The notes beneath the pieces are model-generated. The model worked only from the letters and a program-made list of their open reading frames with translations. It made no database searches and was not told the origin of the DNA. From the NCBI GenBank assembly GCA_018669945.1, contig JABHTA010000195.1, forward strand, positions 1-36,807: DNA of 36,807 nucleotides, given 5' to 3'. The position numbers were made by a program, and so were the translations under genes. Origin of the DNA: Flavobacteriales bacterium (GTDB lineage: Bacteria; Bacteroidota; Bacteroidia; Flavobacteriales_G; NORP312). Of this stretch, positions 19,717-29,513 are shown piece after piece. Every line of letters begins with the position of its first letter. Positions within the stretch are counted from its first letter, which is position 1.

Positions 19717-20709
19717 ATGGCTTCATCAAATTTTGTAGATTACGTAAAGATTAACTGCAAATCGGGTAATGGGGGTTCTGGTTCTGCCCACATGAGAAGG
19801 GAGAAATTTGTCCCAAAAGGTGGTCCTGATGGTGGTGATGGGGGGCGCGGTGGGCATGTAATCCTAAGAGGAAACAAGCAATTGTGGACGCTATTGAATT
19901 TAAAGTACCGCAAGCACGTAAAGGCCGAAAACGGTGTCAACGGCAGTAAACAGAAAAGTACTGGTGCAGATGGTAATGATGTGATTCTTGATGTGCCTTT
20001 AGGAACTATTGTACGTGACCCAGATACGGGAGATCAATTGTTTGAGATTAACCATGATGGCGAGGAGAAAATAGTAGTGAAAGGTGGTCGAGGGGGATTG
20101 GGTAACTGGCATTTTAAAACATCTACACTGCAAACACCGCGTTATGCACAACCTGGAGAAGAAGGCAGTGAAGGGTGGAAAATTTTAGAACTTAAATTAC
20201 TTGCAGACATTGGTTTGGTGGGTTTTCCAAACGCAGGAAAATCAACTTTACTGTCTGTTGTTAGCGCTGCTAAACCAGAGATTGCTGATTATGCATTTAC
20301 CACGTTAACCCCTAATCTTGGCATTGTTTCGTACAGAGATCATAGATCTTTTGTGATGGCAGACATTCCGGGAATTATTGAAGGAGCAGCTGATGGAAAT
20401 GGTTTAGGGCTGCGTTTTTTGAGGCATATAGAGCGTAATTCGGCTCTGCTTTTTATGGTTCCAGCCGATGCAGATGACATTAAAAAGGAATATCAAATAT
20501 TACTTGGAGAGCTAGAGAAGTTCAATCCAGAATTGTTAGACAAAAGAAGAATTCTGGCTATCTCGAAATGCGATATGTTAGATGAAGAATTAATTGAAGA
20601 AATTAAGGCTTCATTGCCTGATGTGCCGAGCGTGTTTTTCTCATCAATTGTTAATCAAGGCATTGCTGAATTAAAAGATCTTATTTGGGAACAACTGAAT
20701 AAACAGTAA
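19717..20709 (+). CDS. obgE: GTPase ObgE/CgtA
   Basis: Gly-rich Obg fold ([12 protein letters not shown]), [18 protein letters not shown]. Confidence 0.98.
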   Translation: MASSNFVDYVKINCKSGNGGSGSAHMRREKFVPKGGPDGGDGGRGGHVILRGNKQLWTLLNLKYRKHVKAENGVNGSKQKSTGADGNDVILDVPLGTIVRDPDTGDQLFEINHDGEEKIVVKGGRGGLGNWHFKTSTLQTPRYAQPGEEGSEGWKILELKLLADIGLVGFPNAGKSTLLSVVSAAKPEIADYAFTTLTPNLGIVSYRDHRSFVMADIPGIIEGAADGNGLGLRFLRHIERNSALLFMVPADADDIKKEYQILLGELEKFNPELLDKRRILAISKCDMLDEELIEEIKASLPDVPSVFFSSIVNQGIAELKDLIWEQLNKQ

Positions 20710-21266
20710 TGTTTGACTGGTTAGAGTATATAGACACCAAGTTTTTTCTTTTACTTAACGGTTTTCATTCTCCATTTTTCGATCACCTCATGCCTTGGTT
20801 GTCTGGTAATATTCTCTGGATTCCTTTTTACGGTTGGCTCATTTATTCCTTGTACAGAGCACTTTCTAGAAAGCAGTTCGTATGGGCAATTGTTGCCTTG
20901 GGCACGTGTGTTGCAATAACAGATTTAATTTCCTTTCACCTTGTTAAAGAAACGATTCAGCGTTATAGGCCATGCCACAACGTAGAGATTCAAAGCTTTG
21001 TTCATGTTGTAGATAAATGTGGTGGGCTGCACGGCTTTGTTTCTTCACATGCTGCAAATGTTTTCGGAATAGCGATGCTTTTATCCTTATTATTGAAAGA
21101 TAGGAGTACCTTAATTCAGCTTTTTATGTGGGCCACTATTGTTGGTTATTCAAGAATTTATTTGGGAGTTCATTATCCAGCTGATGTTTTTGGAGGTGCA
21201 GCATTCGGAACGCTTAGTGGATTCTTATGTTATAGAGTGTTTGTTAAATTTGCTGCATATGAATAG
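20709..21266 (+). CDS. PAP2-family membrane phosphatase (undecaprenyl-PP or lipid phosphatase-like)
   Basis: KxxxxRxRP, FVSSH, SRIYLGVHYPADV; hydrophobic segments. Confidence 0.92.
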   Translation: MFDWLEYIDTKFFLLLNGFHSPFFDHLMPWLSGNILWIPFYGWLIYSLYRALSRKQFVWAIVALGTCVAITDLISFHLVKETIQRYRPCHNVEIQSFVHVVDKCGGLHGFVSSHAANVFGIAMLLSLLLKDRSTLIQLFMWATIVGYSRIYLGVHYPADVFGGAAFGTLSGFLCYRVFVKFAAYE

Positions 21267-21624
21267 TTGGATAGCCATTTTTATTGGAGGAGGCATAGGG
21301 AGTGTTTGCCGTTATGGTATTTCAAAGTTTGTTGTAACCTTCGGACAAACTATTTTTCCTTTGGCAACGCTATTATCGAACCTTTTTAGTTGTATTGCAT
21401 TAGGTGTTACCCTTGCTGTGATTTTGCCAAAACTTGAAGGGAATGATTGGTTAAAACCTTTTATGGCAATTGGATTCTGCGGGGGCTTTAGTACGTTTTC
21501 TACATTTAGTTTAGAAACGTTACAACTCATAAAAACAGGGAACCTTATTTTCGCTGGTTTAAATATTGCGGTAAGCATTTTACTTTGCCTCGGATTACTA
21601 ACTTTAATTGCAAGGCATGTATAG
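21259..21624 (+). CDS. crcB: Fluc-family fluoride efflux channel
   Basis: GGGIGSVCRY, FPLATLLSN, GFCGGFSTFSTF; start moved to ATG 21259 (121 aa). Confidence 0.95.
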   Translation: MNSWIAIFIGGGIGSVCRYGISKFVVTFGQTIFPLATLLSNLFSCIALGVTLAVILPKLEGNDWLKPFMAIGFCGGFSTFSTFSLETLQLIKTGNLIFAGLNIAVSILLCLGLLTLIARHV

Positions 21625-23233
21625 AATAAAAGCAATAATAATAGGTTTAGTTATGATGGCAAGTATAGACTCCATGGCTCAAAAACCAAAATTAATTGTT
21701 GGCATTGTGGTAGACCAAATGCGATATGATTACCTTAATCAATACTGGGATAATTTTGGTGAAGATGGCTTTAAACGATTAGTTAATGATGGGTATAACT
21801 GTAAAAACATGCACTATAATTATGTGCCAACATACACGGGACCTGGCCATGCTGCAATTTATACAGGAACTACACCATCTACTAATGGGATAATTTCTAA
21901 TAATTGGTTTGATAAAGAATCTGGCATGCTAATTTATTGTGTTGATGATAGCTCTCAAACAACAATTGGAAGTACTTCTATTAATGGTAAAAAATCGTCT
22001 CATTTAAATTTGACAACAACATTTACAGATGAACTAAAGCTAACAAACATGGAGTCGAAAGTAATTTCAATAGCTTTAAAAGATAGAGGTGCAGTTTTAC
22101 CAGGAGGCCACATGCCAAATGGGTCTTATTGGTTTGATGATGCAACAGGAAAATGGATTTCAAGTTCTGCTTTTGTTTCAAAATTACCAAGTTGGGTAAT
22201 AAAATACAATGAGTCAGAAAAAGCGAAAGAATACCTATCAGGTCAGTGGACTACGCTTTTGGACATAGAAAAATATACGTTTAGTGAACCAGATATAAGT
22301 AACTATGAAGGGGTGTTGCTTGGAGAACAAAAGGCAGTTTTTCCTCACGATCTTAATTCTTTATTTAGCACAACACAAAATTGGAATTTAATTAGAAATA
22401 CCCCGTTTGGAAATACCATCACAATGGAGTTAGCTAAAGAAGCGTTGAAAGCTGAGCTGCTTGGAAAGGATAATAACACAGATATTCTAGCGATTAGTTT
22501 TTCCGCAACTGACTACGTTGGTCACACATTTGGTCCACAAGCCGTTGAGCACCAAGATACTTATTTACGGCTCGATCAAGACATTGCGTCTTTACTTAAT
22601 GAATTGGATAAACAAGTAGGGGAAGCTAACTATGTCGTATTCTTAACTGCCGACCATGGGGCAGTGCGTGTTCCAAATTTATTACTTGATAATAATATTC
22701 CAGCGGGTTACTTTAATGGAATTGCTGTGCTGAATAATACTAATAATTACTTATCGGCATTGCATGGAGGAGGTAATTGGATAAAAGCGTTTAATAATTA
22801 TCAGTTCTTTTTAAATACAGAATTACTATTAGAAAAAGATATCGATATCGAATCAGTAGAACGTGAATTGGTGCGGTATGCCATGACTATTAAAGGAGTG
22901 TCGAATGCATATACGTCAAATGACTTAATTACAGGAAAAGGAGGAAAACCAATGTCTTTAATTCAATTAGGGTATAACCAGAAACGGTCAGGAAATGTTG
23001 CTATTGCATTGGAACCAGGATGGATCTATTACGGCCCAACAGGAACTACTCATGGTTCCGCTTATACTTATGACACTCACGTTCCAATGCTTTGGTACGG
23101 TGCAGGAATTAAAAAAGGGAGTACAACTCGTGAAATGTACATTACAGATATTGCATCTACAGTTAGTATTATGCTAGACATTTCTTTTCCTAATGGAAAC
23201 ATTGGTAAGCCTATTTCCGAGGTGCTAGACTAG
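21617..23233 (+). CDS. pafA: PafA-type alkaline phosphatase (phosphomonoesterase)
   Basis: PKLIVGIVVDQMRYDYL, PTYTGPGHA (Thr nucleophile), KDRGA, DYVGH, TADHG, GTTHGS; start moved to ATG 21617. Confidence 0.92.
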   Translation: MYRIKAIIIGLVMMASIDSMAQKPKLIVGIVVDQMRYDYLNQYWDNFGEDGFKRLVNDGYNCKNMHYNYVPTYTGPGHAAIYTGTTPSTNGIISNNWFDKESGMLIYCVDDSSQTTIGSTSINGKKSSHLNLTTTFTDELKLTNMESKVISIALKDRGAVLPGGHMPNGSYWFDDATGKWISSSAFVSKLPSWVIKYNESEKAKEYLSGQWTTLLDIEKYTFSEPDISNYEGVLLGEQKAVFPHDLNSLFSTTQNWNLIRNTPFGNTITMELAKEALKAELLGKDNNTDILAISFSATDYVGHTFGPQAVEHQDTYLRLDQDIASLLNELDKQVGEANYVVFLTADHGAVRVPNLLLDNNIPAGYFNGIAVLNNTNNYLSALHGGGNWIKAFNNYQFFLNTELLLEKDIDIESVERELVRYAMTIKGVSNAYTSNDLITGKGGKPMSLIQLGYNQKRSGNVAIALEPGWIYYGPTGTTHGSAYTYDTHVPMLWYGAGIKKGSTTREMYITDIASTVSIMLDISFPNGNIGKPISEVLD

Positions 23234-24246
23234 TATTCTTTCAACACCCTTGTTAATTTATCCATTTGAGAATCTTCGAAATCTAGGTGTGTTACAAAGC
23301 GAATACGTTGATGCCCGAACCCAACCGCAAGTATATCTAGCTTTTTTAATTTTTGCAGGAAGTCTTCCTGTTTAATGTCATCGTTAAGGTCAAAAACAAG
23401 AATATTTGTTTCGACGGGCAATAGTCCTTTTACAAATGAGCACGTTTTCAGCACGTTAGCAAGTTGTTTCGCTCTATTATGGTCTTCGACTAAACGGTCT
23501 ACGTTATTTTTTAAAGCATAGAGTCCAGCAGCAGCTATGCCACCGACTTGTCTCATTCCACCACCTAGAACTTTACGTATTCTTCTGGCTTTATGAATAT
23601 GTTCTTTGCTTCCTAAAAGAACAGACCCAATTGGTGCGCCCAATCCTTTAGATAAACAAATTGAGATAGTATCTAAATGTTTTCCATGTTCAGTGCCACG
23701 TTCATTTTTAGCAATAAGCGCATTGAAAATCCTTGCACCATCTAAATGAAGAGGTAAATTCTTGTCTTTACAAACGGCAGCTATTTTTTCAATTTCTTTC
23801 AAGTCATAACAGCACCCTCCGCCTTTATTACTTGTATTTTCAATTGAAACTAAAGATGTAATGGGTGCATGAATATCATCTGGTTGAATGCTTTTTAGCA
23901 CATCATCAGCCGTAAATCGACCACCATCTCCTTCTAAAAGTTTTACAGAAGAAAGTGAATTCAAAGCAATGCCACCACCTTCATAATTGTATATATGAGA
24001 TAGTTTGTCACAAATTACTTCACTTCCTGGTTGAGTGTGCAAACGAATAGCAATTTGGTTAGTCATCGTTCCCGACGGGCAAAAAATACCTGCTTCTTTT
24101 CCAAAAATATTTGCTGAAGTATTTTCCAGCTCAATAACAGTTGGATCTTCTTCAAAAACATCATCACCAACGGGTGCTAAGTACATTGCGTCTAGCATTT
24201 TTTTTGAGGGCTTTGTAACGGTATCACTCCTTAGGTCTATCTTCAT
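23230..24246 (-). CDS. ltaE: Low-specificity L-threonine aldolase (PLP-dependent)
   Basis: IDLRSDTVT, PSGTMTNQ, HLDGAR, SKGLGAP, GGGMRQ. Confidence 0.93.
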   Translation of the reverse strand: MKIDLRSDTVTKPSKKMLDAMYLAPVGDDVFEEDPTVIELENTSANIFGKEAGIFCPSGTMTNQIAIRLHTQPGSEVICDKLSHIYNYEGGGIALNSLSSVKLLEGDGGRFTADDVLKSIQPDDIHAPITSLVSIENTSNKGGGCCYDLKEIEKIAAVCKDKNLPLHLDGARIFNALIAKNERGTEHGKHLDTISICLSKGLGAPIGSVLLGSKEHIHKARRIRKVLGGGMRQVGGIAAAGLYALKNNVDRLVEDHNRAKQLANVLKTCSFVKGLLPVETNILVFDLNDDIKQEDFLQKLKKLDILAVGFGHQRIRFVTHLDFEDSQMDKLTRVLKEY

Positions 24247-24269
24247 ATCAATCTATTAGTCGAATAATG

Positions 24270-24277
24270 TACTTTTG
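24270..24277 (+). promoter_or_regulatory. -7 promoter element for the S8 peptidase gene
   Basis: TACTTTTG, ending 6 nt before ATG 24284. Confidence 0.5.
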
Positions 24278-24283
24278 ATTCTA

Positions 24284-25855
24284 ATGGTTGCCCAAAATAT
24301 AAAATTCCATCTAATAATTATCTATTTACTGTTAGCGGTATGTATAAATACCAAGGGACAAAATGCGTATTGGGTATTCTTCGAAGATAAATGTGCCACG
24401 GAATTTAATCCTTATCTATATTTTAACGAAAATGCCATTCAAAGAAGAATTAAGCATGATTTGCCGCTATATGATTCGCGTGATTTGCCAATTTGTGAGA
24501 ATTATGTCAATCAAATTATACCATTTTCCGATTCTTTGGGATACGCAACTAGATGGTTTAATGGAGTTTTGGTATATTGCTCCGAGGATCACCTTAATTC
24601 GATAACAGAGTTGCCATTTGTTAAGAGCGTTCGATCCATGCTCATATATAAACATGGACTAGCTCAGTTTGATACACTGATTGAAAAATCATTCGCTGAA
24701 GAACTACTTCGAAAGCAAGTAGAACGTATGGGAGTAAAATATTTTCTAAGAGAGAAACTAACAGGAAAAGATATTACAATAGCTGTGTTTGATGCAGGTT
24801 TCCCAACAGTTAATACGAGTGTCGCTTTTGAACACATCAGAAGACGAGGTGGAATTGTTGCAACCTACGATTTTGTTAAGAATAAGGAGAATGTTTATGC
24901 ATTCAATTCGCACGGTACAAATGTATTGTCTGTAATTGGAGGTAAAAAGGACGGAAAACGGATTGGCATGGCAACGGGCGCAGATTTTCTATTGGCCCGG
25001 ACAGAAAACTCGCATCGAGAACCATTTTCTGAAGAGCAAAATTGGCTTAAAGCAGTTGAGTGGGCAGATAAAAATGGTGCGGATATAATTAATAGTTCAT
25101 TGGCTTATACGTATAGTAGATATTTTAATTGGGAAATGAATGGCCATGAAAGTTTGGTGGCAAAGGCTGCAAATATAGCAGCTTCAAAAGGTATGTTAGT
25201 GGTAAGTGCTGCTGGCAATGATGGCGATAAGTCATGGAAGTATATAGGTACTCCTGGTGATGCCGATAGCGCTTTAACAGTAGGTGGTGTTGATCCGAAT
25301 ACAGATTACCATATCGATTTTAGTTCGTATGGTCCAACATCTGACAAGCGAATGAAACCTAATGTGACTGCATTTGGAGAGGTGGCTGTTTACGGAAAGT
25401 CTGGTTTAACGATCTCCCAAGGAACTTCGTTTGCTGCACCTTTGGTTGCAGGGTTTGCTGCATGTGTTCTTGAAAACGACAGAACATTAAAAGTGATGGA
25501 TTTATATGCAGAGGTCGAAAAATCAGGTCATTTATACCCTTATTATGATTATGCTCACGGTTTTGGAATACCCAACGCTGGTTATTTTTTAGATACATTA
25601 CAAGCAGACACATCTCCAACTTTCGAATTTGAACAGGGAGCAATTATGCTTAGTATTAAGGTTCCACAGGACAGTTCGATTCTTGAAAAGAGTATTATTT
25701 ATTATCACGTAGAGAATACAAAAGGGTATTTAGATAGCTACTATGTAGTTTCAGTTGATGGGGAATATCCAATACGGTTGAATTTAGATGAGTTTAAGGA
25801 TGGACAGCTTGTGAGAGTTCATTATAAGGGTTACACACGGAGCTATTATTTTTAA
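24284..25855 (+). CDS. S8 (subtilisin-family) serine peptidase
   Basis: Catalytic triad motifs AVFDAG, SHGT, GTSFAAP; oxyanion AAGN; signal peptide and propeptide. Start codon uncertain. Confidence 0.92.
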   Translation: MVAQNIKFHLIIIYLLLAVCINTKGQNAYWVFFEDKCATEFNPYLYFNENAIQRRIKHDLPLYDSRDLPICENYVNQIIPFSDSLGYATRWFNGVLVYCSEDHLNSITELPFVKSVRSMLIYKHGLAQFDTLIEKSFAEELLRKQVERMGVKYFLREKLTGKDITIAVFDAGFPTVNTSVAFEHIRRRGGIVATYDFVKNKENVYAFNSHGTNVLSVIGGKKDGKRIGMATGADFLLARTENSHREPFSEEQNWLKAVEWADKNGADIINSSLAYTYSRYFNWEMNGHESLVAKAANIAASKGMLVVSAAGNDGDKSWKYIGTPGDADSALTVGGVDPNTDYHIDFSSYGPTSDKRMKPNVTAFGEVAVYGKSGLTISQGTSFAAPLVAGFAACVLENDRTLKVMDLYAEVEKSGHLYPYYDYAHGFGIPNAGYFLDTLQADTSPTFEFEQGAIMLSIKVPQDSSILEKSIIYYHVENTKGYLDSYYVVSVDGEYPIRLNLDEFKDGQLVRVHYKGYTRSYYF

Positions 25856-25858
25856 AGG

Positions 25859-26578
25859 ATGAGAACGAGGAGATTAATAGGGGTAATTTGTATAATGGGT
25901 TTTGTGCGTTTTGGATACGCGCAAACGGTTTTGTTAGAACAGCATGTTGATGAAGACACTACGCATGAAAACTATGGCCCTAACTTGCAGCACTATTTAT
26001 ATACAACTTTCGGCTATGGTTTCTTGGCTGGCAAATCAGAAAAATCGGGTATTCCAGTAAAATATGGAAGCGCTGGTGAGGTCATCTTGGGTGGTAAATA
26101 TAAGAGACGATTGAATGATGTTTTTTCGTTGGGTTTAGGGATGAATTATTCTACTACTTTTTTCCCTTTGAAACAGGATTCATCGAAAATATATCCCGAT
26201 AAGGTATTACACGATAAAGAGCGATTCACTTTTAACAACCTTGGTGGAGATATATTCGCAAGAATAAATTTTGATAAGCGAAGGGGCAATGTTATTGGCT
26301 CTTACATTGATATAGTTGGTTATATAGATTGGGTGTTCTTAACGAAATACAGCACAAAGGATAAGAATTTATCAGGGGTATTTTCAAAAGCCCAAAAAGT
26401 AACAAACATCGGACTAGTTACCACACACAATTTTAATTATGGAACATCCATTAAATTAGGTTATAAAAGTTTAGCATTAGTTGTGAAATATAGAATTTCG
26501 AATATGTTTATTTCAAGATATGAAATTCCGGAATTTCCTCGATTTATGTTCGGAATTGAAATCGGCACAATTAACTAG
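25859..26578 (+). CDS. Hypothetical outer-membrane beta-barrel protein
   Basis: Signal peptide (YA-Q), alternating aromatic/Gly strands, terminal strand RFMFGIEIG. Confidence 0.65.
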   Translation: MRTRRLIGVICIMGFVRFGYAQTVLLEQHVDEDTTHENYGPNLQHYLYTTFGYGFLAGKSEKSGIPVKYGSAGEVILGGKYKRRLNDVFSLGLGMNYSTTFFPLKQDSSKIYPDKVLHDKERFTFNNLGGDIFARINFDKRRGNVIGSYIDIVGYIDWVFLTKYSTKDKNLSGVFSKAQKVTNIGLVTTHNFNYGTSIKLGYKSLALVVKYRISNMFISRYEIPEFPRFMFGIEIGTIN

Positions 26579-27189
26579 CCTTCGTGCGCAACGACTTCCT
26601 TAACTTCAGGCATCATTCTGGTCATAAGGCTTTCAATACCATTCTTAAGTGTCATTGTAGAAGAAGGACAGCCGCTGCAAGCGCCTTTTAATACGACCGA
26701 TAATTGACCATCAACAAAAGCATGAAAATGTATAGCGCCTCCATCTCTAGCAACAGCCGGAGTGATATACTCTTCTAATATTTCAACAATTTTCTTTTCC
26801 AATTCTGTACTTGGTTCTTGAGGCTTGTAGCTTCCTTCGGTTTTAGTTAAGTCATCGTCACTGCTGTTTTCCGAAATAGGAGTTGTAAAAACAGAATTGT
26901 CGCCATTTAAAAATTCTTGAATGTACTCCCGCAATTCTAAAACAACATCATCCCATTCGATGATTTCATTTTTCGTAATAGTAATGAAGTTTTGCGAAAT
27001 GAAAATTCCAGTAACAAAAGGGAAATTAAAAAGCCGAGCAGCCAACGGAGAATTAGAGGTCTCTTCAGAATCAGCATATTCAACCGTTGCTGCGCCCTCT
27101 AGTAACAATTTGTTTACTACAAATTTCATGGTTGCCGGATTAGGAGATAATTCTGCGTATACTGTTGCTGGTATGGTTTTTGGTTCCAT
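26575..27189 (-). CDS. Nfu/NifU-family Fe-S carrier (Nfu_N plus NifU C-terminal domain)
   Basis: SPNPATMKF, SPLAARLF, PAVARDGG, LKGACSGCPSS; start moved to ATG 27189. Confidence 0.94.
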   Translation of the reverse strand: MEPKTIPATVYAELSPNPATMKFVVNKLLLEGAATVEYADSEETSNSPLAARLFNFPFVTGIFISQNFITITKNEIIEWDDVVLELREYIQEFLNGDNSVFTTPISENSSDDDLTKTEGSYKPQEPSTELEKKIVEILEEYITPAVARDGGAIHFHAFVDGQLSVVLKGACSGCPSSTMTLKNGIESLMTRMMPEVKEVVAHEG

Positions 27190-27203
27190 CGTTTTTTTTA
27201 TTA

Positions 27204-27211
27204 CAAAATTA
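27204..27211 (-). promoter_or_regulatory. -7 promoter element for the nfu gene
   Basis: Minus strand TAATTTTG, 14 nt upstream of ATG 27189. Confidence 0.55.
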
Positions 27212-27268
27212 CGGCAAAATAAGCTAGGCATGACTTACTTTTACTGTCGACTTAAAAAAAGAAATTAT

Positions 27269-27619
27269 ATGAAAGCCAAAAGTCTGTTGTTAATGTTGTT
27301 GTTTATAAGTCTAGCTTATTTTGGAATGACTCAAAAAATAAATGAAAAAAATACTGTAGTAGTTATAAAAACCTCTGCCCAATGCGAAATGTGTAAGGAA
27401 AGAATCGTTAGTGAACTTAGCATGCGCAAGGGCGTCAAGAAAATAGATCTAAGTTTAGAAACACAAGAGCTAACTGTTATTTATAATGGAGTAAAAACAT
27501 CCGAAGATGAATTACGAGAGGCAATATCAAAGATTGGTTATTCCGCAGATGATATTGAAGCTTCGCAAGAAGCATATGAGAACCTGCCAAATTGTTGTAA
27601 GAAGCCAAAAGATCAATAA
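27269..27619 (+). CDS. Exported heavy-metal-associated (HMA, MerP/CopZ-like) protein
   Basis: Signal peptide from ATG 27269, CEMC motif, ISKIGY, C-terminal LPNCC. The upstream part of the listed 232-aa ORF is antisense to nfu. Confidence 0.88.
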   Translation: MKAKSLLLMLLFISLAYFGMTQKINEKNTVVVIKTSAQCEMCKERIVSELSMRKGVKKIDLSLETQELTVIYNGVKTSEDELREAISKIGYSADDIEASQEAYENLPNCCKKPKDQ

Positions 27620-28140
27620 TGGCGTTAATTAAGGTTTGTAGAGGTAAAAAACCGCAATTTGGTGATGACTGCTACTTAGCCGAAAACTCAACGATTATTG
27701 GTGATGTTACCATGGGAAACCAATGCAGCGTTTGGTTTAATGCCGTAATTCGTGGTGATGTTAACTCTATTATTATGGGAAATAAGGTAAATATTCAAGA
27801 CGGAGCGATAGTTCATTGCACTTACGAAAAGGCTGCAACAACTTTAGGGAACAATGTTTCAGTTGGGCACAATGCTATGGTTCATGGGTGTACCGTTCGT
27901 GACAACGTTTTAATAGGTATGGGAGCTATTGTTATGGATGGTGTTCTAATAGAAGAAAATTCGATAATAGCTGCTGGTGCTGTAGTACTAGAAAATACTG
28001 TAGTTGAGTCAGGAAGTATTTATGCTGGCGTTCCTGCGAAGAAGGTAAAGGAAGTCAGCCCTAAATTATTTAAAGGGGAAATTACAAGAATAGCTGATAA
28101 TTACACGATGTATTCGGGGTGGTTCAAAGACTCTGAATAG
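27619..28140 (+). CDS. Gamma carbonic anhydrase family protein
   Basis: Hexapeptide repeats, VIRGDVN, NIQDG, His ligands in VHCT and GHNAMVHGC, YAGVPAK. Confidence 0.93.
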   Translation: MALIKVCRGKKPQFGDDCYLAENSTIIGDVTMGNQCSVWFNAVIRGDVNSIIMGNKVNIQDGAIVHCTYEKAATTLGNNVSVGHNAMVHGCTVRDNVLIGMGAIVMDGVLIEENSIIAAGAVVLENTVVESGSIYAGVPAKKVKEVSPKLFKGEITRIADNYTMYSGWFKDSE

Positions 28141-28903
28141 TATAGTTTGCTGCGCGTATTTTTTTTAAAAACATTTCTAATATATCGTGCTGGGCATTTG
28201 TATAAAACAAATGCTCAGCAGAAGATTCTGTCGAGTTTAGTATGTTAAAGTCTTTTAAAATATTTTCAGTTTGCTTAGCCACAGCCTCTCCAGAATCTAT
28301 AATTGTTATCTCGGTTGGAATAATTCTTTTAATTACAGAAGTAAGAAAAGGGTAATGCGAGCAACCTAAAACGACATTGTCCACATTTTTATCAATCATT
28401 GGTTGAAGATATTCGCGCAGCAATGGTTCAGCATTATCAAGATTTCCCGATTCTATTATGGCTACTAAACCAGTTCCAATAGTTTCGATTATTTCAACAT
28501 CGCCTCTGTATTTTTCGGATGTATTTAGAAATAGTTCGCTTGCTAGAGTTCCCTTGGTTGCTAGAATTCCAATTTTACCTGTTTTAGTATTGATTGCAGC
28601 ATGTTTAGTTGCAGGCTCAATGCCAATAAAAGGTATAGCATAGTTTTTTCTAAGTGTATCGATCGAATTGGTAGTAGCTGTATTACAAGCAACAACAATT
28701 AATTTACAGTTTTGAGCAAGCAACAACTCTGTATTCTTGATGCTAAGTTCCGTAATTTTTTCTTTTGGCTTCTCGCCATAAGGAGCGTTATTGCTGTCCG
28801 CAATATATATGGTTGACTCGTTGGGTAAAAGTTGATTAATATCTTTCCAAATCGAAAGACCTCCAACTCCAGAATCGAATATGCCTATTGGATTTTTGTT
28901 CAA
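28124..28903 (-). CDS. murI: Glutamate racemase
   Basis: IGIFDSGVGG, PYGEK, VACNTA, LGCSHYP; TTG start. Confidence 0.96.
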   Translation of the reverse strand: MNKNPIGIFDSGVGGLSIWKDINQLLPNESTIYIADSNNAPYGEKPKEKITELSIKNTELLLAQNCKLIVVACNTATTNSIDTLRKNYAIPFIGIEPATKHAAINTKTGKIGILATKGTLASELFLNTSEKYRGDVEIIETIGTGLVAIIESGNLDNAEPLLREYLQPMIDKNVDNVVLGCSHYPFLTSVIKRIIPTEITIIDSGEAVAKQTENILKDFNILNSTESSAEHLFYTNAQHDILEMFLKKIRAANYTIQSL

Positions 28904-28911
28904 ATTAGGTC

Positions 28912-28942
28912 AAAAAAAATCCCGAATAAATCGGGATTTTTT
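28912..28942 (-). terminator. Intrinsic terminator-like hairpin between skp and murI (potentially bidirectional)
   Basis: AAAAAAAATCCCGA-ATAAA-TCGGGATTTTTT; gives a U8 tract on the minus-strand transcript. Confidence 0.75.
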
Positions 28943-28956
28943 AAATTAAAATTTTC

Positions 28957-29493
28957 TTATTTAACGGGAATAGTAGCTGCGGTTGTTATTCCTAGTTTCT
29001 TTTTCACCAAAGGCAGAATGTTATCTCCATCCGGTTTGTGAAGTAGAACTGCAGCATCAAATACATAATTGTATCCATTTTCAGCAGCGACTTCAGAAAT
29101 TGCTTTTTTCGCTATTTCGACAAGACCTTCCATTAATTCTACTTCTCTTTGTTGAATTGCTTCTTGAGCAGAAGTTTGAAATTGCTGAATTCTAGTTTCT
29201 AAATCTTGAATTTCAGAAATTTTTGTTTGAAGGATTAAATCACTCGCTGTTCCAGAAGCCTCCATCTCTTGATATTCAGCAACTTTTCTTTGATATTCTT
29301 GCGACATTTGTTGAAGACTAGCCTCAAGAGTTTGGTATTCGCCTTGAAGTTTTTTTTCTAGTTCAGCTCTTTCTGGCATGGCAGCAAGCAGTTCGTTAGA
29401 ATCTATGTGTGCGAATTTTCCCTTTTGAGAATATGCAGATACAGATACAGCTATAAGAAGAGTTAATAGAGTACTTTTTAAAATATTTTTCAT
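28957..29493 (-). CDS. skp: Skp/OmpH periplasmic chaperone (copy 2)
   Basis: Signal peptide, KFAHIDS, Gln/Glu-rich coiled coil, GYNYVFD, VKKKLG. Confidence 0.92.
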   Translation of the reverse strand: MKNILKSTLLTLLIAVSVSAYSQKGKFAHIDSNELLAAMPERAELEKKLQGEYQTLEASLQQMSQEYQRKVAEYQEMEASGTASDLILQTKISEIQDLETRIQQFQTSAQEAIQQREVELMEGLVEIAKKAISEVAAENGYNYVFDAAVLLHKPDGDNILPLVKKKLGITTAATIPVK

Positions 29494-29513
29494 TTGTTTT
29501 TTTTTAAGGTGTG

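Noticed and set aside
26921-27268. N-terminal extension making a 232-aa HMA protein
   Set aside because: It is antisense to nfu and crosses the divergent promoter region; ATG 27269 gives a clean signal peptide.
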